Shown here piece by piece: positions 41,831 through 50,700 of a DNA stretch of 64,000 nucleotides (positions are counted from its first letter, which is position 1; each line of letters begins with the position of its first letter). The DNA is taken from positions 1-64,000 of IMG/VR virus record IMGVR_UViG_3300042346_001592. One strand, given 5' to 3'. Under the pieces are notes generated by a model. The model saw only the letters and a program-made list of their open reading frames with translations, was not told the DNA's origin and did no database searches. The position numbers and the translations under genes are program-made. Origin of the DNA: a virus.

Positions 41831-42961
41831 ATGATCAATGTCTTTGGATCAAAAGTAGATGAACAAGAGATTTCAAGTGTTATTCAAGTTATGAAATCTC
41901 AATGGATGGGGTATGGAAAAAAAGTAGAAGAATTTGAAGAACTCTTTAAGAAATCCAGAGGTGTAGATAATTTTATTTTAGTAGATAGTGGATCTAACGC
42001 CTTGTTTATGGCTCTTCACCTACTAGATCTACCAAAAGGATCTGAAGTAATACTACCCTCTTTCACTTGGGTATCTTGTGCACAAGCAGTTCTTATGGCT
42101 GGATGTCGGCCTGTATTTTGCGATGTAGATCTATTTTCTCATAATGTTACAGTAGATACTATTAGTGAAAAAATTACAGAAAATACATCAGCTATCATGG
42201 TTGTCCATTACGCAGGAAAACCAGTAGATCTTGAACCGATAAAGACATTAGGTCTTCCTATTATTGAGGATGCTGCTCATGCTGTAGATTCATACTACCG
42301 AGGAAAACTTTGTGGATCGCTAGCAGACGTCGGTATATTTAGTTTTGATGCGGTAAAAAACATAACTACTATAGAAGGTGGTGGAATTATCACTAAAAAT
42401 GTAGAAATGCTCGAAAGAGCTAAAAGATTAAGGTATTGTGGTATCGGAAAATCAGGATTTGAGGCAGCTGCAAGTGGAGCATCTGAAAAAAGTAGATGGT
42501 GGGAGTATAACATTTCTGAACCTTTTATTAAAATGCTTCCAACAAATGTCGGAGCCGCTGTAGGTATCGAACAATTGAAAAAAATAGATGAACTTCAATC
42601 TTCAAGGAAGTGGATGTGGGATTATTATCAAGAAAATCTTCAAGAGGACTGGATTATAAATCCTGTGGAACCGTTACCTGATGAAAAACATTCCTATTTT
42701 ACCTATGTAATATCTGTTAGTTGTGATAGAGATGGATTAGCTAAATATCTTCTTGATAATCAAATCTATACTACTTTGAGATACCACCCACTTCATATGA
42801 ACACTCTTTATCAAAGTGTAGATAAGCTACCGAATACGGAAAAGTTGAATCAACAAGCACTCAGTATTCCAATACATCCGAATTTGACTAGAGAACAAGT
42901 TGTATATATTGTTGAAAAAATAAAAGAATATGGAAACAAAGATAAAAACACACGAACATAA
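41831..42961 (+). CDS. DegT/DnrJ/EryC1/StrS sugar aminotransferase
   Basis: IIEDAAHA, FSFDAVKNITTIEGG (catalytic Lys); probable start MINVFG. Confidence 0.92.
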   Translation: MINVFGSKVDEQEISSVIQVMKSQWMGYGKKVEEFEELFKKSRGVDNFILVDSGSNALFMALHLLDLPKGSEVILPSFTWVSCAQAVLMAGCRPVFCDVDLFSHNVTVDTISEKITENTSAIMVVHYAGKPVDLEPIKTLGLPIIEDAAHAVDSYYRGKLCGSLADVGIFSFDAVKNITTIEGGGIITKNVEMLERAKRLRYCGIGKSGFEAAASGASEKSRWWEYNISEPFIKMLPTNVGAAVGIEQLKKIDELQSSRKWMWDYYQENLQEDWIINPVEPLPDEKHSYFTYVISVSCDRDGLAKYLLDNQIYTTLRYHPLHMNTLYQSVDKLPNTEKLNQQALSIPIHPNLTREQVVYIVEKIKEYGNKDKNTRT

Positions 42962-43373
42962 AAAATTCATAACAAAAGATTATTCAGGTAATGAGAATGG
43001 ATTTTTAGTTCCAATTTTGAATATACATGATAATATTTTAGAAGGTGACCAGTTCCCTCAACAAGTTTATCTCTCGACTGTCCTTCCAAAACACATGAAA
43101 GGACCACATCTTCATAATATTCGTAGCGGTTATTTTACCTGTATTCGTGGTAATGTTAAAATCGTCTTAAAGGTAGATGGTAAGTATCTTGAATATTTTA
43201 GTGGTGAAGACTATAATTATCTTTCTGTTCAAGTTCCAAAAGGTGTCCCTGCGCTTGTTGTGTGTCTAGGTGATATAGAAGCTTATCTGTTGAATATGCC
43301 AAGTCCAGCTTGGACACCAGATATGAACGATGAACACACCAGTGATTTTAGTGATTATTTTTCTAAACTATGA
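42930..43373 (+). CDS. Cupin, NDP-sugar 3,4-ketoisomerase/epimerase-like (FdtA/WxcM or RmlC-like)
   Basis: G.LVPI, KGPHLH, VP.GVP; overlaps the aminotransferase gene. Confidence 0.6.
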   Translation: METKIKTHEHKKFITKDYSGNENGFLVPILNIHDNILEGDQFPQQVYLSTVLPKHMKGPHLHNIRSGYFTCIRGNVKIVLKVDGKYLEYFSGEDYNYLSVQVPKGVPALVVCLGDIEAYLLNMPSPAWTPDMNDEHTSDFSDYFSKL

Positions 43374-44449
43374 GCCCATATTTCTGTATTTTAGTTACTT
43401 CGCATGCAAATACTGAAGAAAAAGTTGAACTGTTGAAAAGGTGTCTAGTATCACTTCAGCCTCTCGAAACACCAATCATTCTTTCAAGTCATATACCGGT
43501 ATCTGAAGAAATACAAGAACTCACATACCTAACGATTAAAGACTCATCTAATTTGATTTTAGATGAAGCTCAGATGATGTCACAACCTGTAACTCTTGAA
43601 GAACCACTCTATTATATACACGACAGTTTTGCTAATATTTTGTTTTCTTGTGGAATTTTCAAGAAAACTTATATACCAGGTATGATGAATCATTATATCA
43701 ATAGCATTCGTATTATTAAAGCTCTTGGTTTTGAGAATATACTTTATTGGGAATATGATTCTATTCTAGGACCAGATTCTTTGGTCAGACTTAAAGAATT
43801 TCAATATAGATATATTATGGAAAGGTTAGATTTTTTTGGTTTTGTATCCTATATTCAAGATATCAAATGTCTAAATGCTATACCATCTTTATTCAATGTT
43901 GATAAAGTTCTAGAATTCCTACCACAGAAACCAATTGAATCTGCTAAAGAATACAATGAATTAGTCCATAATAAGATAATCGAGCAATGGATGCTTGAAA
44001 ATCTATCATCTAGATCACAAGGTGAACTGATTGATTTGGGTGAATGGAATCAATATTTTAGTGACACCCAAAGGGGGTTAGTTGGTTCTCAAAACGGTAA
44101 CTATTTAACTCTCAATTTGAGATCAGGTATATTTTTCAACCATCTCGATAGAAGATCAATCTTTTATGCCTTGAACACTTGGGAAGAACCTCTGACCACA
44201 CAAATGGTAATAAAAAATCCACAAGATCACTCTGTTGTATATACAAGAACTGTAGAGTTAGAACCAGGTGTGTGGTTTTTTGATTATTTAGGCACTCAAA
44301 TAGATATTGATTTCACTACATCAACTGGTCTTGATATAGAAGAAACTGTTATCCAACAATCTACCGGTGAAGTAAATAGTTTCAAATATAATATTTCCCA
44401 AAAGAATTTAGAGTTTGTTTCAACACTTAAGAAGTGGAAAGAACTTTAA
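43370..44449 (+). CDS. Putative GT-A-like protein
   Basis: IILSSHIP...D and YWEYD; similar to the N-terminus of the 19794 protein. Confidence 0.4.
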   Translation: MSPYFCILVTSHANTEEKVELLKRCLVSLQPLETPIILSSHIPVSEEIQELTYLTIKDSSNLILDEAQMMSQPVTLEEPLYYIHDSFANILFSCGIFKKTYIPGMMNHYINSIRIIKALGFENILYWEYDSILGPDSLVRLKEFQYRYIMERLDFFGFVSYIQDIKCLNAIPSLFNVDKVLEFLPQKPIESAKEYNELVHNKIIEQWMLENLSSRSQGELIDLGEWNQYFSDTQRGLVGSQNGNYLTLNLRSGIFFNHLDRRSIFYALNTWEEPLTTQMVIKNPQDHSVVYTRTVELEPGVWFFDYLGTQIDIDFTTSTGLDIEETVIQQSTGEVNSFKYNISQKNLEFVSTLKKWKEL

Positions 44450-45000
44450 CCCTCTTTTATAGTAAAAAATACCTCACCTACGGTTTTTCCTAGATCCGAA
44501 AAATCTTGATTATAATCATTTAGATCTATAAATCCATAACCCCTATCGGTATATCTACATATTTTTTTCATACCCGTTGAACGTATAAATCTATCATATT
44601 TTATCGAGGAGTGCATCTCTATAGTCTTTGTGACTCCCATAACAGAATGTGCTAGACGAGTTATAAGATTTCCACAAAAATTTTTGAAAGGTGCGAAATC
44701 TCTAACTAACTCTTGTTTATCTACTTTTAAATGTTCAATTATTTGCATTTCAGATAAGATTTGAAAAAGATAAGGATTGGATGGTTTAAATACTCTTCTG
44801 ATCATTATACCTCTTCTAAAATCATCCGGTTTAGAAAATCTATCTGTTTGGATAATTTGAGAAGTTGTTTCGGGAACTTGAGATTTTTCTAAATATTTCT
44901 CTATAGAAAGGTGTAGATCTTCCAGCCTACAAGAGAAAACTCTTTCGGTAGTAAGTTTTGTGAATCCATCGAAGTCCATGATTAATTTACCTCCTTTCAT
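44446..45000 (-). CDS. Hypothetical protein
   Basis: MKGGKLIMDFDGFTKLTTE; TATATATA at 45009-45016 upstream. Confidence 0.6.
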   Translation of the reverse strand: MKGGKLIMDFDGFTKLTTERVFSCRLEDLHLSIEKYLEKSQVPETTSQIIQTDRFSKPDDFRRGIMIRRVFKPSNPYLFQILSEMQIIEHLKVDKQELVRDFAPFKNFCGNLITRLAHSVMGVTKTIEMHSSIKYDRFIRSTGMKKICRYTDRGYGFIDLNDYNQDFSDLGKTVGEVFFTIKEG

Positions 45001-45054
45001 ATTTAAGGTATATATATTAAAAAAACTTGAAAAGCTTTGAATAGTATAATAATT

Positions 45055-45447
45055 ATGAAAAAAATAAAAACAACACCATTTTCTATAGAAGATAGACCAG
45101 ATCTAGTTGAACCAAAAGCTTGGGGAAAGGAGATTATCTTTGCGAATAATCCACTTTATTGTGGAAAACTTCTATGCTTTAACGCGGGATCTAAGTTCTC
45201 AATGCACTTCCACCTAATAAAAGACGAAACTTGGTGGGTTCAATCCGGAGAGTTTATCTATAGATGGATTGATACAGATACTGCTCAAATTTTAGAACAA
45301 AAGTTATTACCAGGTCATATTGTTCGTCAGCATCCAGGTCAGCCACATCAACTTGAAGCTATTACTGAAGGAGTTATATTTGAAGTTTCTACTGAGCATT
45401 TCGATTTTGATAGTTATCGGGTATTACCTGGTGATTCTCAAAAGTAG
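45055..45447 (+). CDS. Cupin protein (sugar-phosphate isomerase-like)
   Basis: K.WG.E...YCGKLL...FSMHFH..KDET...PHQL...EVST; AAAC-N18-TATAAT at 45023-45050 upstream. Confidence 0.75.
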   Translation: MKKIKTTPFSIEDRPDLVEPKAWGKEIIFANNPLYCGKLLCFNAGSKFSMHFHLIKDETWWVQSGEFIYRWIDTDTAQILEQKLLPGHIVRQHPGQPHQLEAITEGVIFEVSTEHFDFDSYRVLPGDSQK

Positions 45448-45693
45448 TTATCCTTTGTATCTATGTCTATAGAGTTTGAGTAGATAAAATTTAGCTTTTC
45501 TCATGGTATCAAAAGAAGTTAAGTAATGATTTACTGAACTTGAACATACATAGCATCTAAATTCTCTTTCGAGGTAGGTATGTGTTGAACGGCTGGTTAT
45601 ATCATATCGTAGATAAATCCTACCGAAGATACCACTACCAAAATCAATTAACTTTACTAGTCTTTTTGGTTTTTTACGAGACTCTTCCATCAT
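45448..45693 (-). CDS. Hypothetical protein
   Basis: 81 aa, in rpiB run. Confidence 0.45.
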   Translation of the reverse strand: MMEESRKKPKRLVKLIDFGSGIFGRIYLRYDITSRSTHTYLEREFRCYVCSSSVNHYLTSFDTMRKAKFYLLKLYRHRYKG

Positions 45694-45931
45694 TTATAAA
45701 ATTTTGTAGAGGATCTTCAATTATTTCAACAATCTTATAAATATCATTGAAATCTTTTATGAGCATGCGAGTGCCTGGATCTCCAGGACTATCTAAATTT
45801 TTATACTGTATTGTAAGCCTTGAAATTTCTAAAATTTCTATCTTTTTAAGATCACTTGAGCTCTCCCATGTGTCTTTGAGATTTTTGATTCTAGAAACAA
45901 TATAAATCTGACCTTCTCTAAAATTATTCAT
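45674..45931 (-). CDS. Hypothetical protein
   Basis: 85 aa, overlaps rpiB stop. Confidence 0.5.
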   Translation of the reverse strand: MNNFREGQIYIVSRIKNLKDTWESSSDLKKIEILEISRLTIQYKNLDSPGDPGTRMLIKDFNDIYKIVEIIEDPLQNFINDGRVS

Positions 45932-46356
45932 ACTTTATCTATTTTTTTAACTCTTTTTTCGTGCCTACCACCTTCAAATTCTTGAGATAAAAACACATCT
46001 ACTATTTTTTTAGCTTCGAAAGTAGATACAAATCTTGAAGGAATACAAACAATGTTTGCGTTGTTATGTTGGCGAGCTAGTTTTGATAGGTCATCGTTCC
46101 AGCAAAGAGCAGCTCTTACACCTGGCCATTTATTGGCGGTCATAGAGACACCGTTACCACTACCACATATTAAAATACCTATGCCCTGTTCAGATACCAT
46201 ACCAGACACAAGATGAGCAAAATCAGGATAATCACAAGATTCACTTGACTCGGGTCCTAGATCGAAAAGTTCATACTCGTCTTTTGAAAGATATTCAACG
46301 AGAACTTCTTTCAGATCAAACCCAGCATGATCGCTGGCTATATAAATTTTTTTCAT
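45928..46356 (-). CDS. rpiB: Ribose-5-phosphate isomerase B
   Basis: SDHAG, DYPD, GILICGSGNG, ANK..GVRAA, RQHNNAN, FEGGRH. Confidence 0.95.
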   Translation of the reverse strand: MKKIYIASDHAGFDLKEVLVEYLSKDEYELFDLGPESSESCDYPDFAHLVSGMVSEQGIGILICGSGNGVSMTANKWPGVRAALCWNDDLSKLARQHNNANIVCIPSRFVSTFEAKKIVDVFLSQEFEGGRHEKRVKKIDKV

Positions 46357-46405
46357 AATTTTTTCAGTTCATTCTTATATATTTAGAAGAATGTTAGGTT
46401 TGAAA

Positions 46406-46819
46406 TTATTTTGAAAGAGATTTCAAGTTACCAAGATGAGTTAGAAAGCCTTCTGGTTTCACTAGTGTCATAAAGTGCATTCTTTCAATTGTCCCACTCT
46501 TTTTCATATCCTCAAGTTTAGATTCAAGTTCAGTGTCGGTCTGTTCGGTTTTAGTGTATCTTATCATCAGACCATCTTGACCACTCAATGAAATAGACGG
46601 TTTAATGATAGTAAGTGTTGTGTCGTTTTCATCAACGTAGACCTCACATGTATCGTATTCTGTAGAGGGGTCTATTTTAGTTCGCCACTCTTGCCAGTTA
46701 TCTTGAGAAACTTCCATTTTATTGTTTGTTGATACTTGAGTCTCTGGTTTTTGCTCGATCATTTCAGGTGTTTCTACGTCTTCTTTAAGAAACTGATTCC
46801 ACATTTTAATATTTTTCAT
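46406..46819 (-). CDS. Hypothetical protein with capsid-targeting-like N-terminus
   Basis: MKNIKMWNQFLKED; TATATATA at 46836-46843 upstream. Confidence 0.6.
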   Translation of the reverse strand: MKNIKMWNQFLKEDVETPEMIEQKPETQVSTNNKMEVSQDNWQEWRTKIDPSTEYDTCEVYVDENDTTLTIIKPSISLSGQDGLMIRYTKTEQTDTELESKLEDMKKSGTIERMHFMTLVKPEGFLTHLGNLKSLSK

Positions 46820-46939
46820 GTAATTTTTTTGTTTGTATATATAAAAAATTTAATTTTTTTGTATATTTGTGGTGTATGTACAAAAATATTTTCGGGTATA
46901 AAAAAATAAACATTTCAATCATTTCAATCTAAAAAAAAT

Positions 46940-47239
46940 ATGACAGAGACCTATTTACTCGTCTTTCTTTCTCAAACACTCTTCAACATTTTCAAGGTTT
47001 TAGAGATTAAACTTACCTATGAGAATAAAACCAACGCCCTAATGGTGAACTCTATTTTTATAAACTTAGTAAGTCTTACTTCAACTTATTTTTCTATAGA
47101 AAATCTCCTATCGGGTGATTTTGTGGTTATTATTTTCTATGTGTCTGGTTCAGTTTTCGGAAAATGGTTTGCGATGACTCATTTTGAGAACTATCGATCT
47201 AAACTTTTCAAGGTGTTATTTCGTAAAGATCAAGTATAA
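46940..47239 (+). CDS. Small membrane protein (about 3 TM)
   Basis: Three hydrophobic segments, Y..GS..G motif. Confidence 0.6.
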   Translation: MTETYLLVFLSQTLFNIFKVLEIKLTYENKTNALMVNSIFINLVSLTSTYFSIENLLSGDFVVIIFYVSGSVFGKWFAMTHFENYRSKLFKVLFRKDQV

Positions 47240-47973
47240 AATCCAATAGAATTAAATAGAATCTCTAACTGTATAAGTCCTCTACACTTGAAATGTCTTC
47301 TTTTTGTACCTTTGTCAAAGTTTTGAACTTCAGTTACAAGAAAAACTTCTCTTGAAAATTTACTAATTGTTATCTTGATTGTGTTTGGATGTTTTGGTGG
47401 TTCACCTGGTTTTGGTATAATTCTAAGAGATTTTTCAATAGGCTCAATAATATTGAAATAAATACTATCTTGAAGATCTGCAAACGTATAAAAAGGCCCC
47501 TCATAACCATAATACGACATTTGTATGTATTCTTCTATATCGGCAAGTTCGTCACCAGACATTACTGTTCTAGTAAGTTTTTGTAAAGATTGATTATATT
47601 CATAATCTGATATTAGGTAATCTTTAGAAGGATCTTTGGATAGTTCAACAGCTGCTGGTAATTGAGGCGTAGTCGGTGGTGTCACTCTAGCTGGAAGAAG
47701 TCCGTAAAAACTACTCTTTTTCTCTTGCACCGTAAGCTCAACAACATTAGCTCCTCTTTCTTGGTAAACATCTACTTTGGTTGTACAACCGTTGAATGTT
47801 CTAAAGTCTAAATCATCTATCGTAGTCCAGAGATTGACGAGATTATCGATCGTTGAGTTTTTTGGTAGGAATAAAAAAAATACAACAGATGTGTCGTCTA
47901 TTTTTTCGTGATCATAGTCTACTCGTTTTTGTTTGAGTAGATTTTCGGCAAGTATTATTTTAGAGTCTATCAT
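47230..47973 (-). CDS. Hypothetical protein, paralog of 47977..48705
   Basis: Shared N-domain, Pro/Thr linker, C-terminal KF...LVT...FKC. Confidence 0.65.
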   Translation of the reverse strand: MIDSKIILAENLLKQKRVDYDHEKIDDTSVVFFLFLPKNSTIDNLVNLWTTIDDLDFRTFNGCTTKVDVYQERGANVVELTVQEKKSSFYGLLPARVTPPTTPQLPAAVELSKDPSKDYLISDYEYNQSLQKLTRTVMSGDELADIEEYIQMSYYGYEGPFYTFADLQDSIYFNIIEPIEKSLRIIPKPGEPPKHPNTIKITISKFSREVFLVTEVQNFDKGTKRRHFKCRGLIQLEILFNSIGFYT

Positions 47974-47976
47974 AGG

Positions 47977-48705
47977 TTAAAAGGGCACCCAATCAAAGTA
48001 TTCTTTTATGAGTAAATCTATCTCAGCTAAGTTCTCACATTTGAACACTCTGGAAGGTGAATATTTTGGATAAAGTGATATAGTTACAAGATAGAGAGGG
48101 CCTCTGAACTTTTCAACTTCTACATCACATTTTATAGCTCCTCTTTCTCTTATTCGCCAGTAATAATAATCCCAGTGTTTGTAGTTTAGAGGGCCTTCTA
48201 GATCGTCAGAAAATATTCCTTCGAAAATTTTACTCAGAAGATCAATTTGACCATCTTGAAATTCTTCACGTATAGAATCTAATTCTATTTTATTTTTTTC
48301 ACCAGTGGTAATCTCAAAACGGTGTTTCGGAGTCAGTGAGTTGGGAAAGCTATATCTCTTATAGGTTTTAGGCTCCTTCGTAGTTGTTGGTGTTATAGGT
48401 GCTGCTGGTGGTGTATAGCTTGGATAATTATAAGTAGGTGCGGCATAAGTTTTTTTACCTACTACTGAAAATTCAATAACTTTTTCTGAGTGAAGCGTAT
48501 AAATATCGACTTGGCAGCTCCAGCCTCTCCATATGTTGAAATCAAGAGTATCGAGAATGCCCCATATCTCAATCAATTTTTCTATCTCAACTTCACCACG
48601 AAGATAGATATAAATATAGGTTTTCGAGCTTAATATCTCTGTGTCAAAATCAAGACCCTTTCTATTGAGAAGATCTATTGAATCCTGTAAAAATTTCTCA
48701 TCCAT
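47977..48705 (-). CDS. Hypothetical protein, paralog of 47230..47973
   Basis: W..LD.LDF..W.G....VD.Y shared with neighbour. Confidence 0.65.
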   Translation of the reverse strand: MDEKFLQDSIDLLNRKGLDFDTEILSSKTYIYIYLRGEVEIEKLIEIWGILDTLDFNIWRGWSCQVDIYTLHSEKVIEFSVVGKKTYAAPTYNYPSYTPPAAPITPTTTKEPKTYKRYSFPNSLTPKHRFEITTGEKNKIELDSIREEFQDGQIDLLSKIFEGIFSDDLEGPLNYKHWDYYYWRIRERGAIKCDVEVEKFRGPLYLVTISLYPKYSPSRVFKCENLAEIDLLIKEYFDWVPF

Positions 48706-48723
48706 TTATACTATATATAAAAA

Positions 48724-48978
48724 ATGTCTCATATAATTTCTTCTCTTTGTGTAGGTGAAAAAGACGGCTCTTGTATAGAGGTTTGTCCGGTATATTGTAT
48801 AGAAGACGGAGGTGATCAAATGTATATCAACCCAGATGTTTGTATTGATTGTGGTCTATGTATAAGAGTTTGTCCAGTTGATGCAATATTTGATTCAGAA
48901 GAAGTAGCACTAAAGTTTGGTCAAAGAGAATCTGTAGAAAAAAATTACGAATTTTATGGTAAAAAGTTTGGTTTTTAA
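48724..48978 (+). CDS. Ferredoxin (dicluster, FdxA-like)
   Basis: C...KDGSCIEVCPV.CI and CIDCGLCIRVCP. Confidence 0.9.
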   Translation: MSHIISSLCVGEKDGSCIEVCPVYCIEDGGDQMYINPDVCIDCGLCIRVCPVDAIFDSEEVALKFGQRESVEKNYEFYGKKFGF

Positions 48979-48998
48979 CGAAAACTTACCTATATTTG
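48967..48998 (+). promoter_or_regulatory. Bacteroidota primary-sigma promoter (-33 TTTG, -7 TATATTTG)
   Basis: TTTG 48967-48970, 20-nt spacer, TATATTTG 48991-48998. Confidence 0.7.
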
Positions 48999-49016
48999 CA
49001 CACTAAAATATTTAAT

Positions 49017-49124
49017 ATGAAAACAAGATTTTTGATTGAGTTAGTGAGTAGAATCATACTTTTTGGGCTTGGTGCCACTTTTTTGGGCGCTCTTGCCTAC
49101 ATTTTTTGGCTTACGATCCAATAA
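49017..49124 (+). CDS. 35-aa single-TM microprotein (not in ORF track)
   Basis: MKTRFLIELVSRIILFGLGATFLGALAYIFWLTIQ; fills the gap directly after a consensus promoter. Confidence 0.6.
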   Translation: MKTRFLIELVSRIILFGLGATFLGALAYIFWLTIQ

Positions 49125-49156
49125 TTTGGATCCTATCACCTTTTCTATTATATTTG
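49125..49156 (+). promoter_or_regulatory. Bacteroidota primary-sigma promoter (-33 TTTG, -7 TATATTTG)
   Basis: TTTG 49125-49128, 20-nt spacer, TATATTTG 49149-49156. Confidence 0.7.
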
Positions 49157-49167
49157 TAGAAAAATAG

Positions 49168-49560
49168 GTGATTATGAATCTAGAGAAAGTTAATAGAAAG
49201 TTTGTAGATCTAATTATTGATTATTGTGTATCCAATTTTGGTTATAGTAAGCATCAGAGTATATTTCCTAGAATAATTCTATATAATAGACCTTGTCTAT
49301 CAGAGCCACAGAATTGTGGCTATTATGACTGGAATAAAAATGTAATATGTATCTTCAAACCATCACATAAAAATTGTCTTGATGTAGCAAATACGATTGT
49401 TCATGAGTATGTACACTATTTACAAAGTGAGAAAAAATATTACAAGCTAGAAAAAAAGCATAAATATAGAGACCATCCATTTGAGATAGAAGCATATGAA
49501 ATCGCAAATAAACATGGAGTTCTAGCAAAAAGATACGCTAAAAAACTATTGAAAAAATAA
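49168..49560 (+). CDS. HExxH zinc metallopeptidase-like protein
   Basis: GYY...N.I, TIVHEYVHYLQ, PFEIEA. Confidence 0.75.
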   Translation: MIMNLEKVNRKFVDLIIDYCVSNFGYSKHQSIFPRIILYNRPCLSEPQNCGYYDWNKNVICIFKPSHKNCLDVANTIVHEYVHYLQSEKKYYKLEKKHKYRDHPFEIEAYEIANKHGVLAKRYAKKLLKK

Positions 49561-49574
49561 CCAATAGTTCTCAA

Positions 49575-50663
49575 CTAATCTCTTGATCTATATACAGGAC
49601 TTGTTCTCGAAGGTGTATATGATGGTGTGTAGGTTCTAGGAGTTGAAGGCGTATAAGTTCTCGGTGTGTAGGTTCTAGGAGTTGAAGGGGTGTAGGTTCT
49701 TGGTGTATAAGTTCTCGGTGTCGAGGGTGTATATGATGGCGTATAAGACCTAGGTGTCGATGGAGTATAAGAAGGCGTATATGTTCTTGGTGTTGATGGT
49801 GTATAAGACCTGGGTGTCGATGGAGTATATCTTCTTGGTGTAGATGGTGTATAAGAAGGCGTATAAGTTCTTGGAGTTCGTGGTGATGATGTAGTAGGTG
49901 CCTCTCTATGTGTTGGTCTAGACGTATATTCTCTTGATATTCTATTAGTAGCCGTATTTCTTGATTCTCTTTCTGTAGATCTAGAATAGCTTAAATTTCT
50001 ATTAGTGTTTGTAGTAGTGGATGATCCTCTTCCAAAAAAACTTCGACGAGATGAAGACTCTGCTCTCCTTGGTGAGTTACCTTCCAAGGATCTACGGTAT
50101 TGATACAGATTACGGCTAGATCCGAAAGTTGTTCTAGGACCTTGTCTATAAATAGAATTTTGACGATAGATCGGGTTGTAGGCCCATCTCCAATCTCGAT
50201 AGTAGGGGCCACAGAAATTTGGATATCCCCACCAGCCACCTGACCAACCCCACCAAGGGTTCGAATAGTAGTTCCAGTGCCAGGGATTAGACCAGCCGAA
50301 ACTCCACGGATTATTGAAGTTCCAAAAATAATTACCTCTACCGTATCTAAAAAGAAAAGGATCCCAATAGTAACCTAGACCAAAGTTCCAGTTATAGTAA
50401 AAGGGAAAATAATTATTTGTATAGATGTTTCTTACTCCTAGACCGACACCATCAGAAATACCATCTCTATAACCAAGAGAGTAGTTATCTGGTGTAGCTA
50501 TTAAATTATTAGAAACTTGGACACTTTCTCTACTACCATCTTGATAATTACGATAAAGATCATCATGGTAACCATTAGTTCTCGCACTATCATAGTTTTT
50601 AAATGTGCAAGATGTAGTAAGAGTAAGAGAAAATAATAATATAAAAGATCCAAAATGTTTCAT
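49575..50663 (-). CDS. Lipoprotein with W/Y/G-rich region and C-terminal YTPSTPR repeats
   Basis: Lipobox LTTSC; DDLY motif; aromatic-rich middle; S/T/P/R-rich tail. Confidence 0.75.
   Translation of the reverse strand: MKHFGSFILLFSLTLTTSCTFKNYDSARTNGYHDDLYRNYQDGSRESVQVSNNLIATPDNYSLGYRDGISDGVGLGVRNIYTNNYFPFYYNWNFGLGYYWDPFLFRYGRGNYFWNFNNPWSFGWSNPWHWNYYSNPWWGWSGGWWGYPNFCGPYYRDWRWAYNPIYRQNSIYRQGPRTTFGSSRNLYQYRRSLEGNSPRRAESSSRRSFFGRGSSTTTNTNRNLSYSRSTERESRNTATNRISREYTSRPTHREAPTTSSPRTPRTYTPSYTPSTPRRYTPSTPRSYTPSTPRTYTPSYTPSTPRSYTPSYTPSTPRTYTPRTYTPSTPRTYTPRTYTPSTPRTYTPSYTPSRTSPVYRSRD
49611..49880 (-). repeat. Degenerate tandem peptide repeat YTPS/YTPSTPR(T/S)
   Basis: More than a dozen YTP units in the translated ORF with varied codons. 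Confidence 0.85.
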
Positions 50664-50700
50664 CTTTTTTTCTTTCTTTTATATATTATTTCTTAAAAGT

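Noticed and set aside
49611-49880. Repeat region as a CRISPR array or DGR repeat
   Set aside because: Repeats are in-frame peptide repeats with synonymous variation, no unique spacers, no cas or reverse transcriptase nearby
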